Assembly: GCA_964016885.1 (NCBI GenBank)
Contig: OZ024741.1
Span: 5,642,001-5,706,000 of the forward strand
Direction of reading: 5' to 3'
Source of the DNA: Eledone cirrhosa
Lineage: Eukaryota
Length of the DNA stretch: 64,000 bases
Of this stretch, positions 43,301-53,639 are shown one piece after another. Both the position numbers and the translations under genes were made by a program. The notes under the pieces were generated by a model. That model was not told where the DNA came from, searched no databases, and was given only the letters and a program-made list of their open reading frames with translations. Every line of letters begins with the position of its first letter. Positions within the stretch are counted from its first letter, which is position 1.

Positions 43301-45450
43301 ACTTGAGGAGGTTATTACAGTGGTCCACTTGAGGTTATTACAGTGGTCCACTTGAGGAGGCTATTACAGTGGTCCATTTGAGGTTATTACAGTGGTCCAC
43401 TTGAGGAGGTTATTACAGTGGTCCACTTGAGGTTATTACATTGGTCCACTTGAGGTTATTACAGTTGTCCACTTGAGGAGGCTATTACAGTGGTCCACTT
43501 GAGGTTATTACAGTGGTCCACTTGAGGAGGCTATTACAGTGGTCCACTTGAAATTATTACAGTGATCCACTTGAGGAGGTTATTACAGTGGTCCACTTGA
43601 GGCTATTACAGTGGTCCACTTGAGGTTATTACAGTGGTCCACTTGAGGAGGCTATTACAGTGGTCCACTTGAGGTTATTACAGTTGTCCACTTGAGGAAG
43701 CTATTACAGTGGTCCACTTGAGGTTATTACAGTGGTCCACTTGAGGAGGCTATTACAGTGGTCCACTTGAGGTTATTACAGTGGTCCACTTGAGGTTATT
43801 ACAGTGGTCCACTTGAGGAGGCTATTACAGTGGTCCACTTGATGTTATTACAGTGGTCCACTTGTGGAGGTTATTACAGTGGTCCACTTGAGGTTATTAC
43901 AGTGGTCGACTTGAGGTTATTACAGTGGTCCACTTGAGGTTATTACAGTTGTCCACTTGAGGAAGCTATTACAGTGGTCCACTTGAGGTTATTACAGTGG
44001 TCCACTTGAGGAGTTTATTACAGTGGTCCACTTGAGGGGTTACTACAGTGGTCCACTTGAGGAGGTTATTACAGTGGTCCACTTGAGGAGGTTATTACAG
44101 TGGTCCACTTGATGTTATTACAGTGGTCCACTTGAGGAGGCTATTACAGTGTTCCACTTGAGGAGGTTATTACAGTGGTCCACTTGAGGAGGCTATTACA
44201 GTGGTCTACTTGAGGTTATTACAGTGGTCCACTTGAGGGGGTTATTACAGTGGTCCACTTGAGGTTATTACAGTGGTCCACTTGAGGAGGTTATTACAGT
44301 GGTCCAATTGAGGAGGTTATTACAGTGGTCCACTTGAGGTTATTACAGTGGACCAATTGATGAGGTTATTACAGTGGTCCGCTTGAGGAGGTTATGACAG
44401 TGGTCCACTTGAGGTTATTACAGTGGTCCACTTGAGGAGGTTATTACAGTGGTCCACTTGAGGTTATTACAGTGGTCCACTTGAGGAGGTTATTACAGTG
44501 GTCCGTTTGAGGAGGTTATTACAGTGGTCCACTTGAGGTTATTACAGTGGTCCACTTGAGGAGGTTATTACAGTGGTCCAATTGAGGAGGTTATTACAGT
44601 GGTCCACTTGAGGAGGTTATTACAGTTGTCCACTTGAGGAGGTTATTACAGTGGTCCAATTGAGGAGGTTATTACAGTGGTCCACTTGAGGAGGTTATTA
44701 CAGTGGTCCAGTTGAGGTTATTACAGTGGTACACTAGAGGAGGTTATTACAGTGGTCCACTTGAGGAGGTTATTACAGTGGTCCACTTGAGGTTATTACA
44801 GTGGTCCACTTGAGGAGGCTATTACAGTGGTCCACTTGAGGTTATTACAGTGGTCCACTAGAGGAGGTTATTACAGTGGTCCACTTGAGGTTATTACAGT
44901 GGTCCACTTGAGGAGGCTATTACAGTGGTCCACTTGAGGTGCTTATTACAGTGGTCCACTTGAGGAGGTTATTACAGTGGTCCACTTGAGGAGGTTATTA
45001 CAGTGGTCCAATTGAGAAGGTTATTTCAGTGGTCCACTTGAGGTGGTTATTACAGTGGTCCACTTGAGGAGGCTATTACAGTGGTCCACTTGAGGTGGTT
45101 ATTACAGCGGTCCACTTGAGGTTATTACAGTAGTCCACTTGAGGTTATTACAGTGGTCCACTTGAGGTTATTTCAGTGGTCCACTTGAGGAGGTTATTAC
45201 AGTGGTCCACTTGAGCTTATTTCAGTGGTCCACTTGAGGAGGTTATTACATTGGTCCATTTGAGGTTATTACAGTGGTCCACTTGAGGAGGTTATTACAG
45301 TGGTCCACGTGAGGAGGCTATTACAGTGGTCCACTTGAGGTGGCTATTACAGTGGTCCACTTGACGAGGTTATTACAGTGGTCCACTTGAGGAGGCTATT
45401 ACAGTGGTCCACTTGAAAAGGTTATTACAGTGGTCCACTTGAGGTTATTA

Positions 45451-45470
45451 CAGTGGAGACTCTGTTGATG
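45451..45470. other. Direct junction between array A and array B with no intervening unique DNA
   Basis: ...GAGGTTATTACAGTGG|AGACTCTGTTGATGTCAGGG...; the last A unit stops in the middle of its palindrome. Confidence 0.95.
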
Positions 45471-48400
45471 TCAGGGCTGTATCTACTCTGATGAGAGAGA
45501 GTCTCTGTTGATGTCAGGGCTGTCTCTACCCTGATGAGGGAAAGGCTCTGTTGATGTCAGGGCTGTCTCTACCCTGGTGAGAGCGGGGCTGTGTTGATGT
45601 CAGGTCTGTCTCTACCCTGGTGAGAGAGAGGGGCTCTGCTGATGTCAGGGCTGTTTCTACCCTGATGAGAGAGGGGCTCTGTTGATGTCAGGGCTGTCTC
45701 TACCCTGGTGAGAGAGGGGCTCAGTTGACGTCAGGGCTGTCTCTACCCTGGTGAGAGAGAGGCTCTGTTGATGTCAGGGCTGTCTCTACCCTGATGAGAG
45801 AGGGGCTATGTTGATGTCAGGGCTGTCTCTACCCAGGTGAGAGAGGGGCTCTGTTGATGTCAGGGCTGTCTCTACCCTGGTGAGAGAGGGGCTCTGTTGA
45901 TGTCAGGGCTGTCTCTACCCTGTTGAGAGAGAGGGGCTCTGTTGATGTCAGGGCTGTCTCTACCCTGGTGAGAGAGGGGCTCTGTTGATGTCAGGGCTGT
46001 CTCTACCCTGTTGAGAGAGAGGGGCTCTGTTGGTGTCAGGGCTGTCTCTACCCTGGAGAGAGAGGGGTTCTTTTGATGTCAGGGCTGTCTCTACCCTGGT
46101 GAGAGACGGGCTCTGTTGATGTCTGGGCTGTCTCTACCCTGATGAGAGAGGGGTTCTTTTGATGTCAGGGCTGTCTCTACCCTGGTGAGAGACGGGCTCT
46201 GTTGATGTCTGGGCTGTCTCTACCCTGGAGAGAGAGGGGCTCTGTTGATGTCAGGGCTGTCTCTACCCTGGAGAGAGAGGGGTTCTATTGATATCAGGGC
46301 TGTCTCTATCCTGATGAGAGAGAGAGGGGCTCTGTTGATGTCAGGGCTGTCTCTACCCTGGTGAGAGAGGGGCTCTGTTGATGTCAGGGCTGTCTCTATC
46401 CTGATGAGAGAGAGAGGGGCTCTGTTGATGTCAGGGCTGTCTCTACCCTGGTGAGAGAGGGGCTCTGTTGATGTCAGGGCTGTCTCTATCCTGATGAGAG
46501 AGAGAGGGGCTCTGTTGATGTCAGGGCTGTCTCTACCCTGGTGAGAGAGGGGCTCTGTTGACGTCAGGGCTGTCTCTACCCTGGTGAGAGAGGGGCTCTG
46601 TTGATGTCAGGGCTGTCTCTACCCTGGAGAGTGAGGGGTTCTATTGATATCAGGGCTGTCTCTACCCTGATGAGAGAGAGAGGGGCTCTGTTGATGTCAG
46701 GGCTGTCTCTACCCTGGTGAGAGAGGGGCTCTGTTGATGTCAGGGCTGTCTCTACCCTGGTGAGAGAGGGGCTCTGTTGATGTCAGGGCTGTCTCTATCC
46801 TGATGAGAGAGAGAGGGCCTCTGTTGATGTCAGGGCTGTCTCTACCCTGGTGAGAGAGGGGCTCTGTTGACGTCAGGGCTGTCTCTACCCTGATGAGAGA
46901 GAGGGGCTCTGCTGATATCAGGGCTCTCTCTACCCTGATGAGAGAGAGAGGGGCTCTGTTGATGTCAGGGTTGTCTCTACCCTGATGAGAGAGGGGCTCT
47001 GTTGATGTCAGTGCTGTCTCTACCCTGGTGAGAGAGGGGCTCTGTTGATGTCAGGGCTGTCTCTACCCTGGTGAGAGAGGGGCTCTGTTGATGTCAGGGC
47101 TGTATCTACCCTGATGAGAGAGAGGGGCTCTGTTGATGTCAGGGCTGTCTCTACCCTGATGAGAGAGGGGCTCTGTTGATGTCAAGGCTGTCTCTACCCT
47201 GATGAGAGAGGGGCTCTGTTGATGTCAGGGCTGTCTCTACCCTGATGAGAGAGGGGTTCTTTTGATGTCAGGTCTGTCTCTACCCTGGTGAGAGAGGGGC
47301 TCTTTTGATGTCAGGGCTGTTTCTACCCTGGTGAGAGAGGGGCTATGTTGATGTCAGGGCTGTCTCTACCCAGGTGAGAGAGGGGCTCTGTTGATGTCAG
47401 GGCTGTCTCTACCCTGGTGAGAGAGGGGCTCTGTTGATGTCAGTGCTGTCTCTACTCTGATGAGAGAGGGGCTCAGTTGATGTCAGGGCTGTCTCTATCC
47501 TGATGAGAGAGAGAGGGGCTCTGTTGATGTCAGGGCTGTCTCTACCCTGGTGAGAGAGGGGCTCTGTTGACGTCAGGGCTGTCTCTACCCTGGTGAGAGA
47601 GGGGCTCTGTTGATGTCAGGGCTGTCTCTACCCTGGAGAGAGAGGGGTTCTATTGATATCAGGGCTGTCACTATCCTGATGAGAGAGAGAGGGGCTCTGT
47701 TGATGTCAGGGCTGTCTCTACCCAGGTGAGAGAGGGGCTCTGTTGATGTCAGGGCTGTCTCTACCCTGTTGAGAGAGAGAGGGCCTCTGTTGATGTCAGG
47801 GCTGTCTCTACCCTGATGAGAGAGGGGTTCTTTTGATGTCAGGGCTGTCTCTACCCTGTTGAGAGAGAGGGGTTCTATTGATATCAGGGCTGTCTCTACC
47901 CTGGTGAGAGACGGGCTCTGTTGATGTCTGGGCTGTCTCTACCCTGGTGAGAGACGGGCTCTGTTGATGTCTGGGCTGTCTCTACCCTGATGAGAGAGGG
48001 GTTCTTTTGATGTCTGGGCTGTCTCTACCCTGGTGAGAGACGGGCTCTGTTGATGTCTGGGCTGTCTCTACCCTGGTGAGAGACGGGCTCTGTTGATGTC
48101 TGGGCTGTCTCTACCCTGGTGAGAGACGGGCTCTGTTGATGTCTGGGCTGTCTCTACCCTGGTGAGAGACGGGCTCTGTTGATGTCTGGGCTGTCTCTAC
48201 CCTGATGAGAGAGGGGTTCTATTGATATCAGGGCTGTCTCTACCCTGGTGAGAGACGGGCTCTGTTGATGTCAGGGCTGTCTCTACCCTGGTGAGAGAGA
48301 GAGGGGCTCTGTTGATGTCAGGGCTGTCTCTACCCAGGTGAGAGAGGGGCTCTGTTGATGTCAAGGCTGTCTCTACCCTGATGAGAGAGGGGCTCTGTTG

Positions 48401-48899
48401 ATGTCAGGGCTGTCTCTACCCTGATGAGAGAGGGGTTCTTTTGATGTCAGGTCTGTCTCTACCCTGATGAGAGAGGGGTTCTTTTGATGTCAGGGCTGTC
48501 TCTACCCTGGTGAGAGAGGGGCTCTTTTGATGTCAGGGCTGTTTCTACCCTGGTGAGAGAGGGGCTATGTTGATGTCAGGGCTGTCTCTACCCAGGTGAG
48601 AGAGGGGCTCTGTTGATGTCAGGGCTGTCTCTACCCTGGTGAGAGAGGGGCTCTGTTGATGTCAGTGCTGTCTCTACCCTGATGAGAGAGAGGCTCTGTT
48701 GATGTCAGGACTGTCTCTACCCTGGTGAGAGAGGGGCTCTGTTGATGTCAGGGCTGTCTCTACCCTGGTGAGAGAGGGGCTCAGTTGATGTCAGGGCTGT
48801 CTCTACCCTGATGAGAGAGGGGTTCTTTTGATGTCAGGGCTGTCTCTACCCTGGTGAGAGACGGGCTCTGTTGATGTCTGGGCTGTCTCTACCCTGATG

Positions 48900-51060
48900 A
48901 GAGAGAGGGGTTCTATTGATATCAGGGCTGTCTCTATCCTGATGAGAGAGAGAGGGGCTCTGTTGATGTCAGGGCTGTCTCTACCCAGGTGAGAGAGGGG
49001 CTCTGTTGATGTCAGGGCTGTCTCTACCCTGGTGAGAGAGGGGCTCTGTTGATGTCTGGGCTGTCTCTACCCTGTTGAGAGAGAGGGGTTCTATTGATAT
49101 CAGGGCTGTCTCTATCCTGATGAGAGAGAGAGGGGCTCTGTTGATGTCAGGGCTGTCTCTACCCAGGTGAGAGAGGGGCTCTGTTGATGTCAGGGCTGTC
49201 TCTACCCTGGAGAGAGAGGGGCTCTGTTGATGTCAGGGCTGTCTCTACCCTGATGAGAGAGAGTCTCTGTTGATGTCAGGGCTGTCTCTACCCTGGTGAG
49301 AGAGGGGCTCTGTTGATGTCTGGGCTGTCTCTACCCTGTTGAGAGAGAGGGGTTCTATTGATATCAGGGCTGTCTCTATCCTGATGAGAGAGAGAGGGGC
49401 TCTGTTGATGTCAGGGCTGTCTCTACCCAGGTGAGAGAGGGGCTCTGTTGATGTCAGGGCTGTCTCTACCCTGGTGAGAGAGGGGCTCTGTTGATGTCAG
49501 GGCTGTCTCTACCCTGGAGAGAGAGGGGTTCTATTGATATCAGGGCTGTCTCTATCCTGATGAGAGAGAGAGGGGCTCTGTTGATGTCAGGGCTGTCTCT
49601 ACCCAGGTGAGAGAGGGGCTCTGTTGATGTCAGGGCTGTCTCTACCCTGGAGAGAGAGGGGCTCTGTTGATGTCAGGGCTGTCTCTACCCTGTTGAGAGA
49701 GAGGGGTTCTATTGATATCAGGGCTGTCTCTACCCTGGTGAGAGAGGGGCTCAGTTGATGTCAGGGCTGTCTCTACCCTGTTGAGAGAGAGGGGTTCTAT
49801 TGATATCAGGGCTGTCTCTATCCTGATGAGAGAGAGAGGGGCTCTGTTGATGTCAGGGCTGTCTCTACCCAGGTGAGAGAGGGGCTCTGTTGATGTCTGG
49901 GCTGTCTCTACCCTGTTGAGAGAGAGGGGTTCTATTGATATCAGGGCTGTCTCTATCCTGATGAGAGAGAGAGGGGCTCTGTTGATGTCAGGGCTGTCTC
50001 TACCCTGGTGAGAGAGGGGCTCTGTTGATGTCTGGGCTGTCTCTACCCTGTTGAGAGAGAGGGGTTCTATTGATATCAGGGCTGTCTCTATCCTGATGAG
50101 AGAGAGAGGGGCTCTGTTGATGTCAGGGCTGTCTCTACCCAGGTGAGAGAGGGGCTCTGTTGATGTCAGGGCTGTCTCTACCCTGGAGAGAGAGGGGCTC
50201 TGTTGATGTCTGGGCTGTCTCTACCCTGTTGAGAGAGAGGGGTTCTATTGATATCAGGGCTGTCTCTATCCTGATGAGAGAGAGAGGGGCTCTGTTGATG
50301 TCAGGGCTGTCTCTACCCAGGTGAGAGAGGGGCTCTGTTGATATCAGGGCTGTCTCTATCCTGATAAGAGAGAGAGGGGCTCTGTTGATGTCAGGGCTGT
50401 CTCTACCCAGGTGAGAGAGGGGCTCTGTTGATGTCAGGGCTGTCTCTACCCTGGTGAGAGAGGGGCTCTGTTGATGTCAGGGCTGTCTCTACCCTGGAGA
50501 GAGAGTGTCTCTGTTGATGTCAGGGCTGTCTCTACCCTGGAGAGAGAGGGGCTCTGTTGATGTCTGGGCTGTCTCTACCCAGGTGAGAGAGGGGCTCTGT
50601 TGATGTCAGGGCTGTCTCTACCCTGGAGAGAGAGGGGCTCTGTTGATGTCTGGGCTGTCTCTACCCAGGTGAGAGAGGGGCTCTGTTGATGTCTGGGCTG
50701 TCTCTACCCTGTTGAGAGAGAGGGGTTCTATTGATATCAGGGCTGTCTCTATCCTGATGAGAGAGAGAGGGGCTCTGTTGATGTCAGGGCTGTCTCTACC
50801 CAGGTGAGAGAGGGGCTCTGTTGATGTCAGGGCTGTCTCTACCCTGGAGAGAGAGGGGCTCAGTTGATGTCAGGGCTGTCTCTACCCTGGAGAGAGAGGG
50901 GTTCTATTGATATCAGGGCTGTCTCTATCCTGATGAGAGAGAGAGGGGCTCTGTTGATGTCAGGGCTGTCTCTACCCTGGAGAGAGAGAGGGGTTCTATT
51001 GATATCAGGGCTGACTCTATCCTGATGAGAGAGAGAGGGGCTCTGTTGATATCAGGGCTG
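48900..51060. repeat. Local higher-order repeat domain in array B (mostly 3-mers of 135 bp and 4-mers of 176-178 bp)
   Basis: The marker TTCTATTGATATC occurs at 48911, 49089, 49353, 49529, 49707, 49795, 49930, 50065, 50243, 50726, 50902 and 50994. Spacings include 178, 176, 178, 135, 135 and 178. Confidence 0.85.
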
Positions 51061-53639
51061 TCTCTACCCTGGTGAGAGAGGGGCTCTGTTGATGTCAGGG
51101 CTGTCTCTACCCTGGTGAGAGAGGGGCTCTGTTGATGTCAGGGCTGTCTCTACCCTGGTGAGAGAGGGGCTCTGTTGATGTCAGGGCTGTCTCTACCCTG
51201 GTGAGAGAGGGGCTCTGTTGACGTCAGGGCTGTCTCTACCCTGGTGAGAGATGGGCTCTGTTGATGTCAGGGCTGTATCTACCCTGATGAGAGATGGGCT
51301 CTGTTGATGTCAGGGCTGTATCTACCCTGATGAGAGAGAGGGGCTCTGCTGATATCAGGGCTCTCTCTACCCTGATGAGAGAGAGAGGGGCTCTGTTGAT
51401 GTCAGGGTTGTCTCTACCCTGATGAGAGAGGGGCTCTGTTGATGTCAGTGCTGTCTCTACCCTGGTGAGAGAGGGGCTCTGTTGATGTCAGGGCTGTCTC
51501 TACCCTGGTGAGAGAGGGGCTCTGTTGACGTCAGGGCTGTCTCTACCCTGGTGAGAGATGGGCTCTGTTGATGTCAGGGCTGTATCTACCCTGATGAGAG
51601 AGAGGGGCTCTGTTGATGTTAGGGCTGTCTCTACTCTGATGAGAGAGGGGCTCTGTTGATGTCAGGGCTGTCTCTACCCTGATGAGAGAGAGGCTCTGTT
51701 GATGTCAGGGCTGTCTCTACCCTGGTGAGAGAGGGGCTCTGTTGATGTCAGGGCTGTCTCTACCCTGATGAGAGAGGGGCTCTGTTGATGTCAAGGCTGT
51801 CTCTACCCTAATGAGAGAGGGGCGCTGTTGATGTCAGGGCTGTCTCTACCCTGATGAGAGAGGGGTTCTTTTGATGTCAGGTCTGTCTCTACCCTGGTGA
51901 GAGAGGGGCTCTTTTGATGTCAGGGCTGTTTCTACCCTGGTGAGAGAGGGGCTCTGTTGATGTCAGGGCTGTCTCTACCCAGGTGAGAGAGGGGCTCTGT
52001 TGATGTCAGGGCTGTCTCTACTCTGATGAGAGAGGGGCTCTGTTGATATCAGGGCTGTCTCTACCCTGTTGAGAGAGAGGGGCTCTGTTGATGTCAGGGC
52101 TGTCTCTACCCTGGTGAGAGACGGGCTCTGTTGATATCAGGGCTGTCTCTACCCTGTTGAGAGAGAGGGGCTCTGTTGATGTCAGGGCTGTCTCTACCCT
52201 GGAGAGAGAGGGGTTCTATTGATATCAGGGCTGTCTCTATGATGATGAGAGAGAGAGGGGCTCTGTTGATGTCAGGGCTGTCTCTATCCTGATGAGAGAG
52301 AGAGGGGCTCTGTTGATGTCAGAGCTGTCTCTACCCTGGAGAGAGAGGGGTTCTATTGATATCGGCGCTGTCTCTATCCTGATGAGAGAGAGAGGGGCTC
52401 TGTTGATGTCAGAGCTCTCTCTACCCTGATGAGAGAGAGAGGGGCTCTGTTGATGTCAGGGTTGTCCCTACCCTGATGAGAGAGGGGCTCTGTTGATGTC
52501 AGTGCTGTCTCTACCCTGATGAGAGAGGGGCTCTGTTGATGTCAGGGCTGTCACTACCCTGGTGAGAGAGGGGCTCTGTTGATGTCAGGGCTGTCTCTAC
52601 CCTGGTGAGAGAGGGGCTCTGTTGACGTCAGGGCTGTCTCTACCCTGGTGAGAGAGGGGCTCTGTTGATGTCAGGGCTGTATCTACCCTGATGAGAGAGA
52701 GGGGCTCTGTTGATGTCAGGGCTGTCTCTACTCTGATGAGAGAGGGGCTCTGTTGATGTCAGTGCTGTCTCTACCCTGATGAGAGAGAGGGGCTCTGTTG
52801 ATGTCAGGGTTGTCTCTACCCTGATCAGAGAGGGGCTCTGTTGATGTCAGTGCTGTCTCTACCCTGGTGCGAGAGGGGCTCAGTTGATGTCAGGGCTGTC
52901 TCTACCCTGGTGAGAGAGGGGCTCTGTTGATGTCAGGGCTGTCTCTACCCTGGTGAGAGAGGGGCTCTGTTGAAGTCAGTGCTGTCTCTACCCTGGTGAG
53001 AGAGGGGCTCTGTTGATGTCAGGGCTGTCTCTACTCTGATGAGAGAGGGGCTCTGTTGATGTCAGGGCTGTCTCTACCCTTATGAGAGAGTGGCTCTGTT
53101 GATGTCAGGGCTGTCTCTACCCTGATGAGAGAGGGGCTCTGTTGATGTCAGGGCTGTCTCTACCCTGGTGAGAGAGGGGCTCTGTTGATGTCAGGGCTGT
53201 CTCTACCCTGGTGAGAGAGACGGGCTCTGTTGATATCAGGGCGGTCTCTATTCTCATTAGAGAGGGGCTCAGTTGATGTCAGGGCTGTCTCTACTCTGAT
53301 GAGAGAGGGGCTCTGTTGATGTCAGGGCTGTCTCTACCCTGGTGAGAGAGGGGCTCTGTTGATGTCAGGGCTGTCTCTACCCTGGTGAGAGAGACGGGCT
53401 CTGTTGATATCAGGGCTGTCTCTACCCTGTTGAGAGAGGGGCTCTGTTGATGTCAGGGCTGTCTCTACTCTGATGAGAGAGGGGCTCTGTTGATGTCAAG
53501 GCTGTCTCTACCCTGATGAGAGAGGGGCTCTGTTGATGTCAGGGCTGTCTCTACCCTGGTGAGAGAGGGGCTCTGTTGATGTCAGGGCTGTCTCTACCCT
53601 GGTGAGAGAGGGGCTCTGTTGATGTCAGGGCTGTCTCTA

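Larger units (their letters stand above)
1..45456. repeat. Satellite/minisatellite array A: head-to-tail 23-bp (CCACTTGAGGTTATTACAGTGGT) and 26-bp (CCACTTGAGGAGG[T/C]TATTACAGTGGT) monomers, about 1,850 units, truncated by the window start
   Basis: The unit is read directly and continues uninterrupted in one orientation from base 1 to ...TTATTACAGTGG at 45456. Copy number is estimated as 45456/~24.5. Consensus GC is 43-46%. Confidence 0.99.

Noticed and set aside
1-45456. Telomerase-made long telomeric repeat (23-26 bp as in some budding yeasts; TTGAGG/TTAGG-like core)
   Set aside because: I do not recognise it as a known telomere unit. Variants are inherited in multi-kb duplicated blocks, which indicates recombination. 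The G-rich strand runs into array B rather than toward a chromosome end.
1-45456. Repeated Shine-Dalgarno-like GAGGAGG
   Set aside because: It is only the GAG duplication in the 26-bp unit. No start codon with a real ORF follows, and the context is not prokaryote-like.
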